Assembly (NCBI RefSeq): GCF_004010195.1
Contig: NC_057735.1
Coordinates: 11,080,065 to 11,144,064, forward strand
DNA length: 64,000 nt
Origin: Chiloscyllium plagiosum
Lineage: Eukaryota
Direction of reading: 5' to 3'
Shown here: positions 1 through 12,960 of the stretch, one piece after another
Layout: each line of letters starts with the position of its first letter
Position numbering within the stretch: the first letter of the stretch is position 1
The notes under the pieces: generated by a model
The model's input: only the letters and a program-made list of their open reading frames with translations
What the model was told of the DNA's origin: nothing
Database searches by the model: none
Translations under genes and position numbers: made by a program

Positions 1-963
1 TGCCCTCTCTTAGCTCTCCTAATCTCTTTCTTCAGGTCCCTTCTGGCTATCCTGTATCCCTCCACTGCTCTGTCTGAATCCTGTTTCCTCAACCTTATGT
101 AAGCCTCCTTTTTCCTCTTTACCAGACATTCAACCTCTCTCGTCAACCAAGGCTCCCTCACACGACCATTTCTTTCCTGCCTGGTAGGTACATACATATC
201 ATGGACACGTCGTATCTGCTCTTTGTACAAGTTCCACATTTCCACCACATCCTTCCCTGACAACGTATGCTCCCAACGTATGCTCCTCAAATCCTGCCTT
301 ACAGCATCGTAATTTCCCTTCCCCCAATTATAAAATCTACCTTGTTGTGCGCACCTATCTCTCTCCATAACCAAGGTGAAAGTCACAGAATTGTGGTCAC
401 CATCACCAAAATGTTCACCCATTAACAAGCCCATCACTTGTCCCGGTTCATTATCGAGTACCAAATCCAATATGGCCTCCCCTCTGGTTGGACAATCTAC
501 ATACTGCGTTAGAAAAGCTTCCTGGACACACTGCACAAACACCGCCCCATCCAATCTACTTGATCTAAAGAGCTTCCAATCAATATTTGGGAAGTTGAAA
601 TCGCCCATGACTACTATCCTGTGGCTTCTGCACCTTTCCAAAATCTGTTTCCCCATCTGTTTCTCCACATCTCTGCTGCTATTGGGGGGCCTATAGTAAA
701 CACCCAACAAGGTTACTGCACCTTTCCTATTTCTGACTTCAGCCCATACTACCTCCAGAGGCAGATCCCCCTCAAACTTCCTTTTACCATTTCTAATTAG
801 CAATGCCACCCCCCCTCCTTTTTTCCCACCCTCCCTAATCTTACTGAAACACCTGTAACCAGGAACCTCCAACAGCCATTCCTGTCCCACATCTATCCAC
901 GTTTCCGTGATGGCCACAACATCGTAGTCCCAGGTACCGATCCACGCCTTAAGTTCACCCACC
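1..963 (-). mobile_element. CR1-clade LINE (HER1-like) ORF2 fragment, APE endonuclease region
   Basis: Minus strand reads ...ELKAWIGTWDYDVVAITETWIDVGQEWLLEVPGYRCF..GGGVALLIR, typical CR1 endonuclease N-terminus; ORF 376-696(+) is its antisense. Confidence 0.85.
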
Positions 964-1435
964 TATAGTTGTGTTCCAGTGAAACCTCGCTGAATATAAA
1001 TAATGGGGCCTATGGGAAAAGTGGGGTTAGGGCAGACAGGCAAAAAATACCACTCAAGGTTGCTCAAAAATCACCCAAACATCTAAGGCAAAGTACAGCA
1101 CAGCCTGAATGAAAGTTGAAATCATATATATTAATGAGACAAAAGTAAATTTAACACAGTACATTTAAAAATATAAGAAAGCTGCTCTCTGTGCAGTCCC
1201 TCTCACAGAAAGCTGCTCTGTCAGCAGCTGATATCAGCACATGTGCAGGACAGTGCGGAGACTTTAGCGCGGACATCGCTGTATGTGCAGAACGAAGCAT
1301 GCAAACCCATCCCTGCTGGAAATGTGTGAGTGACAAAGGAGGCAAGCCTTCTTGAAAATACCATTCCCTAATTCTTCAGCAACGTTATAGTAAAATCGCG
1401 CTGCCAAAGAGCACATTATCCCAGAACTAACTATA
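964..1435. mobile_element. Possible degenerate TA-flanked DNA transposon/MITE remnant
   Basis: Imperfect inverted ends tatagttgtgttccag / ccagaactaactata. Confidence 0.35.
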
Positions 1436-2828
1436 TCCGAACTTAGGAGAACCCTAAATCAGGACAAATGCAATGATAATGATCATGTGTCAACATGGAA
1501 ATCAGAGCCAATATTTTCTCTCAGTAGCAGATCAAAGACTTTAACTGGTTCAGTGTTTGATTCGCAAATGGAAAGCTGTCAGAGAGAAACTTACAAAAAA
1601 TGAAATAAAATAAGACAATAAATTGGCAGATATTTGTTACAAGCTTTCTGGCCTTAAACACAGAGTTTAAATATGCTTTGTCTGGCTTCACTGTCACTGA
1701 AAAGGACATTTTAACTAAAAAAATCAGAAGGAGGTGGCAGTTTGTGTTTCTGGGATTCTGAAATCTAGAAATGCTGGGCAGCTGGATGTTGTGTCAGATT
1801 TACTGTCAACTTCAGTGTCCCGGAGCCGATGGCTTTAAGCTATAAGTCAGTTAGGTTTCTTGTTTCTACTGACTAAAATCCCATTCAACATTCGTCAGCC
1901 TGTTCTGTTGGAGTGAATGGGTGTGGAGTTACATTTCTCCTTTATCTCTGCGTCAAGGGAATAATCGAAACACATTGGTGACCAGACACATCCTTAGCAC
2001 AGTTCCTGGGAGAAGCTAACTAGAGTCTCTTTGTGGGCTACAATTTCTGCATATGTTCACCAGAGAGCGTGTAGTGTTTCAGTGATTGTTCTTCATGTTA
2101 GCTGAAGCAGTAATGCATACTTAATCTAAGTTGATCCTGATTAACTCACAAGAGTATCTTAGATGTAATGATATTCCTTGTTGTGTAATAGTCCAATCGG
2201 CTGTTTGATCAAATCAAACTGATATTCTCCTTAAGACAGTATGAGACTATTCTTCCCGAGTGATATCAATGGGCTTGAATAATATCAGCAAAGAGGTTGG
2301 TAGCAGAAAATCTCCTTAAAATGTCTCTGAGTGACCTATTACAGCACATCCCAGAGCCCCATCCCGCTCTCTCTGCACTGACAACATGTCCCAGACTGGA
2401 ACCTGATTCTTCCCCTTCAGGGGACTTGCTCAGGTCCGAGTGGTGCCTACTGCTGCTGAGGGACCAAAAGTCACATCCCCATTCACTTCCCTCTGTACTC
2501 AGTGTTAAATGACTGCAGGCAGCCATTGGGAATGGAGGTGTAAACTCTCACAATGTTTTAGCTGGTGGGGGGGACAAGGAGGATAAGAACGACAGCACTC
2601 CATTTTGTCAAATTTGATGTTTTTAGATCAGTCGTCTTGGCCACAAGGTTCCAATTCTTTTTACAAAGCATTGAGCAACCTGCCCCCCCCCCCCCCCCCC
2701 CCCCCAATGCAAAACCCTTTCACTGCCGCGGGGCATCAGGATACTGGCACTGTCATGTTCTCTCACAGATAAAACATTGATCTTACATCTCAATGGGGAA
2801 TAATCAATGATATCACTGAGAAATGTAC

Positions 2829-3137
2829 CATCAGATATTTGGAGCTCTACAGCAGATACTGAAATGAGGCCGAATTGGTCAATACCACAGCTGTACCATC
2901 CTGCATCTTCTGAGCGAAGATCCTCCATAGTAACAGAAAATTTATTTTGTGTCGTGTTATCTGTGATCGACATCCTTCCTCGTTGTCCATGATGTTCACT
3001 TGATTTTACTAAAACAGAGCACTGGTGCATCCAAAGTTTCACAGACCATTGTGACCATTGGTCATAGTGACAATCTATTGTGATCGCTCTTCCCAAAACT
3101 CCTGTTATTTTATTTTTCACCGGCACTACACCTGAAC
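2829..3137 (-). CDS. Gene C: second V-type Ig exon, CD300/pIgR-like (open, phase 1-1)
   Basis: ttttcag|GT TCA GGT...GRAITIDCHY...RMSITDNTTQNKFSVTMEDLRSEDAGWYSCG...ISD G|gtacat; 309 nt, no stops. Confidence 0.85.
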
Positions 3138-3529
3138 CTGAAAAGACAATGAATTCATCAGACAGAAAGTAGCTTCTCAATACAGTCAGATAATTTTAAT
3201 ATGAGTTACCACTGAGTACAGAGGAGTCCTTCCACTGCATCTACTCATGCAGTTTGTGATGAAATCCATCTAATCGTACCAGAGAGACCAGCATTGTCTG
3301 AGAAATGTAACTTCCAGTCTGCACTCATTTGCAAAGCTTTTTCACAGCAACATTCAATTCTGCTCAACAACAGGGTTTGTATAAAATAGCCTCAAGATGG
3401 GGTGTTTTGAAGTATTTTTAATTGGTCACTCAGCACAGTTTCAGGGTCACTGAAGAAGAGTTCAAAAAATTACAGACAGGGACTGAAGGTCACTGAATTT
3501 TGAAAAAGACAGAGAGTAGACTCCTTCAT

Positions 3530-4100
3530 CAAAGCACTGTTATTAGTAATGTAGTCTTACAGACAATGCAACAGAATTGCTTGGGTTCCGCAGAGGGGAC
3601 TATGAGGGAAGTTCAAGGGCAGTTGTATATGGCTAGGCTGTGTTGAATATGGCCATCAGTGATCTGGAGTCATTGTGATGGACCCAGTAGGCTGAGACCT
3701 TCATGGATAACACATGCAATGGTGTCACTACACTGTTGGTAGAGGGGGAACTGACAGAAAGGGAATGGGAGACCACCCAGACAGAGTGAAAACACGAGGC
3801 AGGGAATGCAGGAACACACTGAGCTGTCTTCCTTTCTCATAGATTTTCCCTTTTCCATGCAGCTGGGGGAGATGTGTTCTCAGGTGAATGCAGCGAAAGC
3901 CACATCCATGGTACCATGAGTGGCTCAGCTGCCTGTTTGTGGGGAGAGAGGGATTTAGACTCTTGAGGCCTTGGGTCCAATTCTGGAGAAGATGGAATCT
4001 GTACAAGCTGGATAGGTCATGAACCAGAAGAATCAGGACCAATACTCTCCAAGGGGCATTTGCTAGTTTTGTGGGGAGACGGTAAACGAGGGTGGCAGGG
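3530..4100 (+). mobile_element. Degenerate CR1 ORF1 (esterase-like) remnant
   Basis: 3950-4050 resembles the CR1 ORF1 C-terminal motif GFR..G.W.QFWRRWNLYKLD..H.N...TN.L with frameshifts. Confidence 0.5.
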
Positions 4101-4140
4101 TGTCATGATCATGGATCATAACCTCATGTCACCTATGGAT

Positions 4141-4500
4141 ATCATAGAATGAATCATAAAATCCCTACAGTGTGGAAACAGGCCATTTGGCCCAACCAGT
4201 CCATACTGACCATCCAAAGTGCAACCCACCCAGAACCATTCCCACACCCCTATTACACTACATTCCCCCTGACTAATCCACTCAACATACACATCCTTGA
4301 ACACTTTGGGCTGTTTAACATGGTCAGTTCACCTAACCTGCACATCTTTGGATTGTGGGAAGAAACCCAAACACCCTGAGGAAACCCATGCAGACACGGG
4401 GAGAATGTACAAACTCCAACAGTCAGTCCCCCGAAACTGGAATCACACCCAGGTCTCTGGTTCTGTGAGGCAGCAGTTCTAACCACTGAGCCACCATGAC
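4141..4500 (-). mobile_element. HE1-type tRNA-derived SINE
   Basis: rc begins ggtggctcagtggttagaactgctgcctcacag (A box), body ...tttgtacattctccccgtgtctgcatgggtttcc..., CR1-like 3' tail. Confidence 0.8.
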
Positions 4501-5244
4501 TCACATTTCCTATTTTTAAAGTATTTTTAACAAGTGCAGCTGTATTTCATTTAATCACTTATATATTGAACTTTACTTTCAATATTTGTTTTTAAAGACA
4601 ACTGATCAAGCCAAAATTACCGCAGATGTGAATTCAGTGGATATGTGGAGAGAGATGCTGGAAATTTGTGCAAAACAGTGTGTCACATAAACTTCAAAAG
4701 GATTGACATAAAGGGAGAAACACACAACAAGGTAAAATGTGTTCAGTCGGCGTGGTATGGGTTGGAAGACCGTTGTTCTGGTCTTTTATTTCAGCAATGT
4801 TGGACATTTTAATTCTCCATTTTCTGAGAGTTTGTAACTAAAGCAGCTGTACCTAGGTACCTTTGTACCGAAGATGTCACTGTAAGTGGTGACATATAAC
4901 CCTTTCACTGCACTCATTGAGTGTATGTAAAAATAAAGCTAATTCATTCCTTAAGCTAATTCACTCACTCATTCATTCCTTCATTCCTTGGAATTATCTC
5001 AGGGCTATGATCATGGTGGGAGAAATGTCAGCAATCTGGCTGAGAGATCATTTTCTTGGTTTCCCCCTTTCAGTTATACACATAGACAGGAGTTAAAAGT
5101 GAAATTCAATCCTGCTCTCTCTCTGTGTCAGTGGTCGGATCTCCTGATCTGTGGATAGTGTGATGTGAAGGTCACAGTTTGGTGAACAGCCATTAAATAT
5201 TCCCTGCATTGTGGGAAAAGAATGCGGTTATACTCTTTCTTATT

Positions 5245-5937
5245 TTTTGCAAGGTTTGTGAAGGTTTGTAGCTCAGGTTGAGGTTTAGGGTGTAGGATTG
5301 CTCACTGAGTTGTAGGTATGATATCCAGATGTTTCATTATCTGCCTAGGTAACATCATCAGTGGCGACCTCCAAGTGAAGCGAAACTGTTGTCTCCTGCT
5401 TTCTATTTATATGTTTGTCCTGGATGGGGTTCCTGGGGTTTGTGATGATGTCATTTCCTGTTCGTTTTCTACAAAATTCCATGCAAGCACTGCCAGAAAC
5501 ACTACGTAGGACAAACAGGAAGAAAGTTAGCCACCAGGATACACGAACACCAGCTAGCCACAAAAAGACGACCCTCTCTCCCTCGTAGCCCTACACACTG
5601 AGGCAAAAAAACCCACCATTTCGACTGGGACAACACATCTATCCTGGGACAGACTAAGCAAAGACATGCCAGAGAATTCCTAGAGGCCTGGCACTCCAAC
5701 CACAACGCCATAAACAAACACATAGATCTAGATACCATTTATCAACCCCTCAGAAAACGAACAGGAAATGACATCACCACAAACCCCAGGAAGCCCATCC
5801 AGGACAAACATATAAATAGAAAGCAGGAGGCAACAGCTTCGCTTCACTTGGAGGTCGCCACTGATGATGTTATCTAGCCAGGTAATGAAACGTCTGGATA
5901 TCAAACCTACAGCTCAGCGAGCAAACCTACACCCTAA
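5245..5937 (+). mobile_element. Penelope-like element, 5'-truncated, with inverted terminal copy and GIY-YIG endonuclease C-terminus
   Basis: From 5470: YKIPCKHCQKHYVGQTGRKLATRIHEH...HFDWDNTSILGQ...REFLEAWHS; ~5283-5470 is the inverted copy of ~5752-5938; TSD actctttcttatt at 5232-5244 and 5938-5950. Confidence 0.9.
5858..5897 (+). ncRNA. Minimal type I hammerhead ribozyme motif (PLE family 3)
   Basis: cca CTGATGA t GTTATC tagcca GGTAAT GAAAC GTC tgg: core boxes, stem I cca/tgg, stem II, palindromic ACGT stem III; inverted copy at ~5325-5364(-). Confidence 0.8.
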
Positions 5938-6397
5938 ACTCTTTCTTATTCCGAGTGCTGCCAGCCAGCATTTGTCAAAACAAACCTGACAAATGAATTT
6001 CAATTAACCTGCTCAACACCAAGAATCTCAATCAACTGCTCAGTGCTCCAAGTAACACCCACTGTCATGGCTGTAATGTTCTATTATCCACTCTTTATGA
6101 ACAACTCAGAGTCTCAACCTCTTTAAATAACTGTTATTATTTTCTTTAGACTCACTTCATACTCTCAATGGCTATAAATCAGTGTTATATTATTAATATT
6201 TCATTTGTTTAGTGAAGAGCAAACTCACTCAGTGTTAACTCAAGAAAGCCCAGTTAAATTGACTCCTCTTAGAACATAAACACATATGGTTTGGGAGAAA
6301 GGTAACCACAAAACAGAGAATACATTGTATTTTATTAATGCACAGATGAAATCAAAACAAACAAACTGCAGTTCTTGAAGCAGAAAGTATTATTTAC

Positions 6398-6718
6398 CTC
6401 GGCTCCCAATCTGTGCCATGAAACTGCAGTTCCTCTCTGATCTCTGGACGATTGCCACTTTCACCGTTTCACTGTATTTTTCTCCCTGAGTATTTGAGGC
6501 TATGCAGTAATATTGATGATATTGTTGTTTGATTAATTGACAATGTAGATCCAGTGTATTGCTTTCAGAAATCTTTGAACCTACAGATCGGGTCCTTTCG
6601 TACCATGTGTACTGAATGGGCAAGGATCCCTGGACAGATTCACAGGAGACAGAAACTAGGTTCTCAAAACACCAGATATTTGGTGTTAAAAATCTAATTA
6701 CAGGAACAGACACAGGTT
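6398..6718 (-). CDS. Gene C: C2-type Ig exon, FcR/PECAM-like (open, phase 1-1)
   Basis: cccacag|AA CCT GTG TCT...VSVSCESVQGSLPIQYTWY...YYCIASNTQG...GSR G|gtaaat; 321 nt. Confidence 0.88.
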
Positions 6719-6899
6719 CTGTGGGAAAGAAACAAATGATCAGATACTCACTGAGGATCGGAAAATCAAATAATCTGTAAATTTCAACATTTCTATCTTT
6801 TCATCCAAGTATTTTCTTGCTGGAATCTCCAACAGAGCCATGCCAATATCAACTTAATATTGCATTAATTGAGAGATTAACATACTGTAATTGATCCTC

Positions 6900-7960
6900 C
6901 AGAACACTTTAGAATATATTTAAGTGATCACTTGAAGTGCCAGACCATACAATGCTATAGGCAAAGTACTGGAACATGGGATCACGGTCGGTAGATGCTT
7001 CTTGACCAGCACGGACATGATGGGACAGAGGTTCTCTGCATCACGGTATTGTTCAATGAGGGAAGTAGACAGAGGGTGGGGAATTATAGACCAGTGTGCT
7101 TAGCCCATGTAATGGGGTAGATGCTTGAATATATTATCAAGGAAGGAATAGCAAGGCATCTCGAAATAAATTGTCCCATGGGTTCATGAAGGTCAGGTCG
7201 TGCTTCACAAATCTTTTGGAATCCTATGAAGACATTTCAATCAAGGTGGACAATGGGGACCCAGTGAATGTGGTGTACCTAGATTTCCACAAGGCCATTG
7301 ACAAAGTGCTGCACATGAGGCTGCTGAATAAGATAAGGATGCCTGGTGTTCGGGGTAGAGTATTAGTTTGGATCAAGGATTGGTTGACTGACAGGAAGCA
7401 AAGACTGGGGATAAATGAGTGCTATTCTGGCTGGCAATCAGTGACTAGTGGTGTGCCTCAAGGATCACAATTATTCCCAATTTATGTAGATGATGAGGAG
7501 TTGGGGACCACATGTACAGTGTCAAAACTTGCCAGTGATACGAAGATAAGTGGCAGAGCAAAGTGTTCAGAGGACTGTGAAACTTTGCAGAGGAACTTGA
7601 TACATTGAATCAGTGGGCAAAGATCTGGCAGATGGAATACAATGTTAGCCAATGTGAAGTCATACATTTTGGTAGGAAAAATAGATTATTACATGAACTG
7701 AGAAGGAACTTCTTCACCCAAAGGGTTGTTTGTCTATGGAATTCCTTGCCCAGGGAAGTAGTTGACGCTACTTCAGTAATTCCTTTTAAAGCTAAGGTAG
7801 ATACTTTTTTGAAAAATAAAGGAATTAAGGGATATGGTGAAAATGTGTGTAAGTGGAGCTGAATCCATGAAAAGACTAGCCATTATCTTATTGAGGGGCG
7901 GAGCAGGCTCGAAGGGCCAGACGGCCTATTCCTGCACTTTGTTCTTATGTTGTTGTTGTT
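6900..7960 (+). mobile_element. CR1 LINE RT fragment with 3' end
   Basis: HGFMKVRSCFTNLL..VVYLDFHKAIDKV..SGVPQGS; NFFTQRVV; 3' tail gaagggccagacggcctattcctg. Confidence 0.9.
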
Positions 7961-8015
7961 CTTAAAATTAGGAAAATTATGAATGAGAGAGGCACAAATT
8001 GGCTGAGCTGGATTG

Positions 8016-8226
8016 GAAGAAAGTGAGGACATGCTGATGTTGGAGATCAGAGTGGAAGAGTGTGGTGCTGGAAAAACACAGCTGGTCAGGCAGCATCCAA
8101 GGAGCAGGAGAATTGATGTTTCGGATATTATTCCTGATGAAGGGCTTATTGCTGAAATGTTGATTCTTCTGGTCCTCGGATGCTGCCTGACCGGCTGTGC
8201 TTTTCCAGCACCACACTCTCGACTCT
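8016..8226. mobile_element. PLE family-1 palindromic fragment with degenerate hammerhead
   Basis: Inverted arms ...gtggtgctggaaaaacacagctggtcaggcagcatcc / ggatgctgcctgaccggctgtgcttttccagcaccac; CTGATGAagggcttattgctGAAATGT at ~8134. Confidence 0.7.
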
Positions 8227-8239
8227 GCACTGGATTACA

Positions 8240-10280
8240 GAAGCACATTAAAAGGCAGGACAGGAGATAGTCAATGGAGAGTCTTTAAAGACTTATTTCA
8301 TGGCATACAGCAACAAAATATTCCACTCAAGAAAGATAAATCAAACGTGACTGATAAAAGAAAGTTAAGGATTTATAAGATTAAAACAATAGGCCTAAAA
8401 AGTGGCCAAAACCATCAGAAATCTGAGGATTGAAAGTTTTTTTAAGCAAGGAGGACCTTGAAACTGCAAAGGAGAAAAGAGAATACAAATGCAATCGAAC
8501 AAAGAAGACATAAAGTTGAAAGTTTCTGCAGCTGTGAAAAACAACTTTTAGCAAAGAGTCCATTAAAAGCAGAGTTAGGAGAGTTAGGAGAATGGGTGAC
8601 ATGTTGGCACAATAGTTAGTACTGCTGCCTCACAGGGACCTGGGTTCGATCCCAGACTTGGGCGACCGTCTGTGTGGAGTTTACGCAGTCTCCTTGTGTC
8701 TGTGTGTATTTTCTCTGGGTGCTCTGGTTTCTCACACAGATCTAAGATGTGCAGGTTAGGTGAATTGGCCATGCTAAATTGCCCATAGTGTTCAGGGACA
8801 TGTAGGTTAGGGGTATTAATCAGGGGTAAACGTCAAGTAATAGCCACAGGGGAATGGGTCTGGGTGGGTTACTCTTCAGATGGTCAGTGTAGACCTTTTG
8901 GGCCGAATGGCCTGTTTTCACACTGGTGGGATTCTATTCAATTCTATTAATTTAACGGACCAAATGGAGAAATGGCAGAGCAGATAAATGAGTAATTTGT
9001 GACAGTTTTTGTTTGGAAAATACAAAAAATCCAGTTGATTTACAAATCCAACTGACAAGTGAGAATGACGGGGTGAAGGAGATTAGTATTGGTAAGAAGG
9101 ATATACTGGAGAAATTAATGAAAGTTGGAAAATCCCCAAGAACTGATAGTCTGTATTCCAAAGTGTCGATAATGTGTTCATAGAGATAGACGATGCATTG
9201 GAGAAAGGAGAAAAATAGGAATTACTGATCCATCAGTTGTGAGAAAAATGCTAGACTGTTTCAAAAAAGAAAATAATAAATGGACACTTGGATAAAAATG
9301 AATTAATTCTGTGTAGTCAGTGTGGATTGGTGAATGGAAAATTATGTTTTACGAACTGTTGGAACTTTTTGAGAATGTTACTAACAAAGCTAAGTTAATG
9401 GATAGATTGCATTTGAAATTTGAGAAGGCCTTTCAGACGAACCTGAGAGGAGATTTGTTTGCAAAGTTGAAGCACAAGGTATTGGACATAATGTATTGAC
9501 ATGGATTGATGATTGGTGAACAGATAGAAAATAGAGAGTTGGAATAAATTGAGCTTTCTCACATTGGCAGGCTGTGACTAATGGGATTCCACAAGGATCA
9601 GTAATTGGGCCCCAGCGTTTTTCAATATATATCAATGATTTGGATGTGGAACAAAATGTAACATTCCCAACTTTGCAGATGACACAAGCAAACGAGGATT
9701 ATGTGTTGTTAGGAAGATGCAAAACATCTTCAGGAGGATTTGGATATGCTTAATGATTGAGCAGGATTTTTGGTCAATGGTCTATGATGTGGAGAAATGT
9801 GAGATTGTCCACTTTGGTAGCAAGAGCTGATGTGCAGTGTATTTTTCAAATGGTGAGATGTTGGAAAGTACAGATTTGCAAAGTCACTTGGATGCCCTTG
9901 TCCATATGATACTGACGGCTAACTTGCAGATGCAGCAAGTTATTTGGAAGGCTAATGGAATATTAACATTTAATACAAGCGGATTTGAGAACAGGAATTG
10001 AGAATTCTTGCTTCAGTTGTTGTGTAGGATCTTGGTTAGACCACACCTGAAATATTTTTTGCAGTTTTGATCACCTGATCTCAGAAAAGATAATACTGCC
10101 AGAGATGGCGTGCATCATAGGTTCACCAGACTTTAAGTTGTACATTTAAAGTAGAAGGTGATACATTTTCAATGATTAATGGGAGGAAGAATTAATGGTA
10201 TTGAAGTGTTCGATCAGCCATGATCGTAGTAAAGTGTGGGTCAGGCTCAATAGGATGAATGGCCTCCTACTGTTCCTATG
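8240..10280 (+). mobile_element. Old degenerate CR1 LINE ORF2 interrupted by a SINE
   Basis: gtgactaatgggattccacaaggatcagta...tttgcagatgacac (GIPQGS, FADD) with many stops. Confidence 0.75.
8600..8945 (+). mobile_element. HE1-type SINE
   Basis: actgctgcctcacagggacctgggttcgatccc (B box)...gatgtgcaggttaggtgaattggccatgctaaattgccc...ggattctatt tail. Confidence 0.8.
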
Positions 10281-10402
10281 TTCCCCCCAATAAGTATCAG
10301 CATTGCTGGGGCACCTTAGGATATTGGAGCGTTCGTGGTTCCTCCCTGATAAAACATTGATTAGACATTTCATTTGAGATTAATAATCAATGAGAAATGT
10401 AC

Positions 10403-10723
10403 CATCAGATACTTCAACCTTCACAGCACATAATTCATCAATAACTTGTCTACCAATACCACAGCTGTACCATCCTGCATCTTTGATGTGAAGATCCTCC
10501 ATGGTCACAACAAATACTCCTTGTGCTGTGTTATCTTTGATTGACATCCTCCCTCGCTGTCCACCTGGATCAGTTGTTCTCACCAAATATGAGCAATGGG
10601 CAGACCGACCAAGACACCAGTATTTCATGTTGGACTTGAACCATGTGTCATATCTACAATTTATTGTGATTGATCTTCCCACAGTTCCAGTTACTTTTTC
10701 GTTTGTCCACAAATTTGATGAAG
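10403..10723 (-). CDS. Gene C: first V-type Ig exon, CD300/pIgR-like (open, phase 1-1)
   Basis: ctccccag|CT TCA TCA AAT TTG TGG..; GRSITINCRY..KYWCLGRSAHC..RMSIKDN..DAGWYSCG; B-F Cys pair plus the C-C' Cx7C-type pair typical of CD300/pIgR/TREM. Confidence 0.92.
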
Positions 10724-12739
10724 CTGGGGAGACAACTTTTCAGAAATTGGAAGAAAAAATAAGTTCTTAATACAAATAAATATCACTTAATACGTTTTAT
10801 CTCTGTACAAACTGCACTATATCTGTGACATATACGTTAGGAAGTATAATCTGGAATGATAAAGCAGAAGTGGGACCTTCAGCCCTTGAGAAGGTCATGG
10901 CTGATCTGGTTGTGTTCTGAACTTCCCTTTCCTATTTATTCCTGATCGCCTTTGATTCCTGTAACTATATGGGCTGTAATCCTTTTGATTACTTAGAAAT
11001 AAAGTTGGGACAAAAATTTATGGTTACTTCTGTGGAGTTTAATTTTCTGACCATGCAATTTAAAAATCATTCATGCGCCTGCATAGACATTATCATAGTG
11101 GATCGTTTATCAAGACATGTTTGAAAAAATACAATTTGTGTAATTCAAATGAATTATGTTTCAAAAAAGTTGTCATTAAACTTTTGTTGTTATTGTTGTT
11201 ATTGTTACTATTATAACTATGTTGTTATTGTTACTATTACAATAAAAGAACATTAAATTAAGGTTTTTTAAAATTATTTTTGATATGAAATGATAATGGC
11301 TCTGAATGATATATTTTCATTCTTCTTCATGGGGAGCTATGATGAAAGGTATCTGTACATATACGGATGTAAACATAATGTATATGTATCATTTTTAACT
11401 GATTTAAAATTTTGGCATTTGGGTGTTGGTCACTCTTGTGACATAGTTATTGACAGGGTTATAAAAGACAACGTCAGAGTGATCTTTCCAGAACAATGAC
11501 CTAATCCACACCTGTCAGCGAGCAGAGAGGAGTCTGCATACCTTCTGGAGTGTTAATAGATTATTGTTGACGTTGTGGAGTTTACGACAGCGTGACTAAA
11601 TAGTGAATGGCTCTTGCTTGTTTTCAATTCAAATAATTATTGACTTACTTTCCCTCAGAAAAATACAGTAAGCTAAACCTTTTGAGACAGGATTTGGTGG
11701 AGACCTGACTGGGATCAGAAGCAAGTATATTTTCTCAACTTAATTGCATCAGTACAGTTACTCTAATGTCAAGACTTAATTTGAGAAATTTCCAAACCAA
11801 GGGTACATCAAACTTTGTTTTGTCTGACACCTATGAGAGCAGGAGTGTACTGGTTAATCAAATATTCCGGTTGATCATGAGATCCATATAATCAATGTAA
11901 AAACACACACTAAGAAATCGAAACATAATGCAGGAGTGACAATACAGCAAGCTTACGGTATTTGAGGTGTATAACTTTGTGTGGTCTATTCAGAGTGCTG
12001 TTTCATAGCAGATAGCTAAGCTTACTTTCTTTTATCCTTTTTGTTCTTTTGTGTAATAAATCTCGGTTTTATTGCTTGATGAAAGAACAAGATGCATTGG
12101 CCAGCTCCCAAATTAAGGATCATCACAGTTAACAAAAAGTTAAGATTGCCAGAAGACAAAAGATTTGAGAGAAATCACTGAATTCCAGATTTGTGATTTG
12201 GATTCTTGATCAGAAGAATTCAGGTCTCTTTGCCAATGTTTTTCACCCATGACATTTCTGCAGAACTATCTGTCTTGGCGATGGATTTTGTGAATTAATG
12301 TTTGTGTGTTTTGGGATTAACATTTAATGAACTCCTTCAGGGTCATCCCCTTAAAATTTTCCTTTCCAGGAGGAATGCATGTGTTCTGAGTATTCTGGAA
12401 TATCACTTTGACTGTCTGCAGCTGCTTCCGTACTGACCTATCTCCAGTTCCCTTCAGCTCTATCAGCTTTCAGGTCCACACAGTTGCCTTTTAAAATTGA
12501 AAATATTAGTCTTACACCCTCTCCTCTCGCTGTCAACCTGGATAAGATCTTGGAAGCTTCAGTTATAATATGTGATGAAAATTTATGTTAATAGTACATT
12601 GTCTTCATTCACAATGTGTCCATAAATGTCAGAGCCAATCATTTAATTTGGAGTGTGGCTGTACGTCTTACTGGATTGACAGTGCCTCAGTGTCAGCATG
12701 ATCGCCCCACAGGCAGTTTGCAAATCTCTCATCGTGATG

Positions 12740-12960
12740 AAGAACAATTAGCAATCCCTGGGTCAAATAGTCAACTTTAATCCCTCAACCAACAATTATA
12801 AAAACACAGATTACCCAGTTAACATCATATTTCTGTTTGTGCAATCTTGCAGTACACTCAGAAGCTGACAAACTTTAAACATTATAACAACGACAACTTG
12901 TAGAAATACTTGCCTGTAAAGTGCTTTGAGACCCCCTGTGGTTCTAATTGTCAATCTTTG
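12740..12960 (+). mobile_element. Deu-domain SINE remnant (SacSINE/AmnSINE-like)
   Basis: tccctcaaccaac...cagattacccagtt...ctgtttgtgcaatcttgcagtac...ctgtaaagtgctttgagac matches my recollection of the family consensus; not searched. Confidence 0.45.

Noticed and set aside
376-696. 106-aa plus-strand ORF
   Set aside because: Antisense of CR1 endonuclease
2683-2705. C23 homopolymer (possible G-quadruplex; polyP/polyG ORFs)
   Set aside because: Simple repeat of uncertain assembled length; no functional evidence
4141-4500. tRNA gene
   Set aside because: tRNA-like head belongs to a SINE; no complete cloverleaf
2829-10723. V exons as rearranging Ig/TCR/IgNAR segments
   Set aside because: They end in splice donors with complete G strands; no RSS heptamer/nonamer seen; motifs are CD300/pIgR-like
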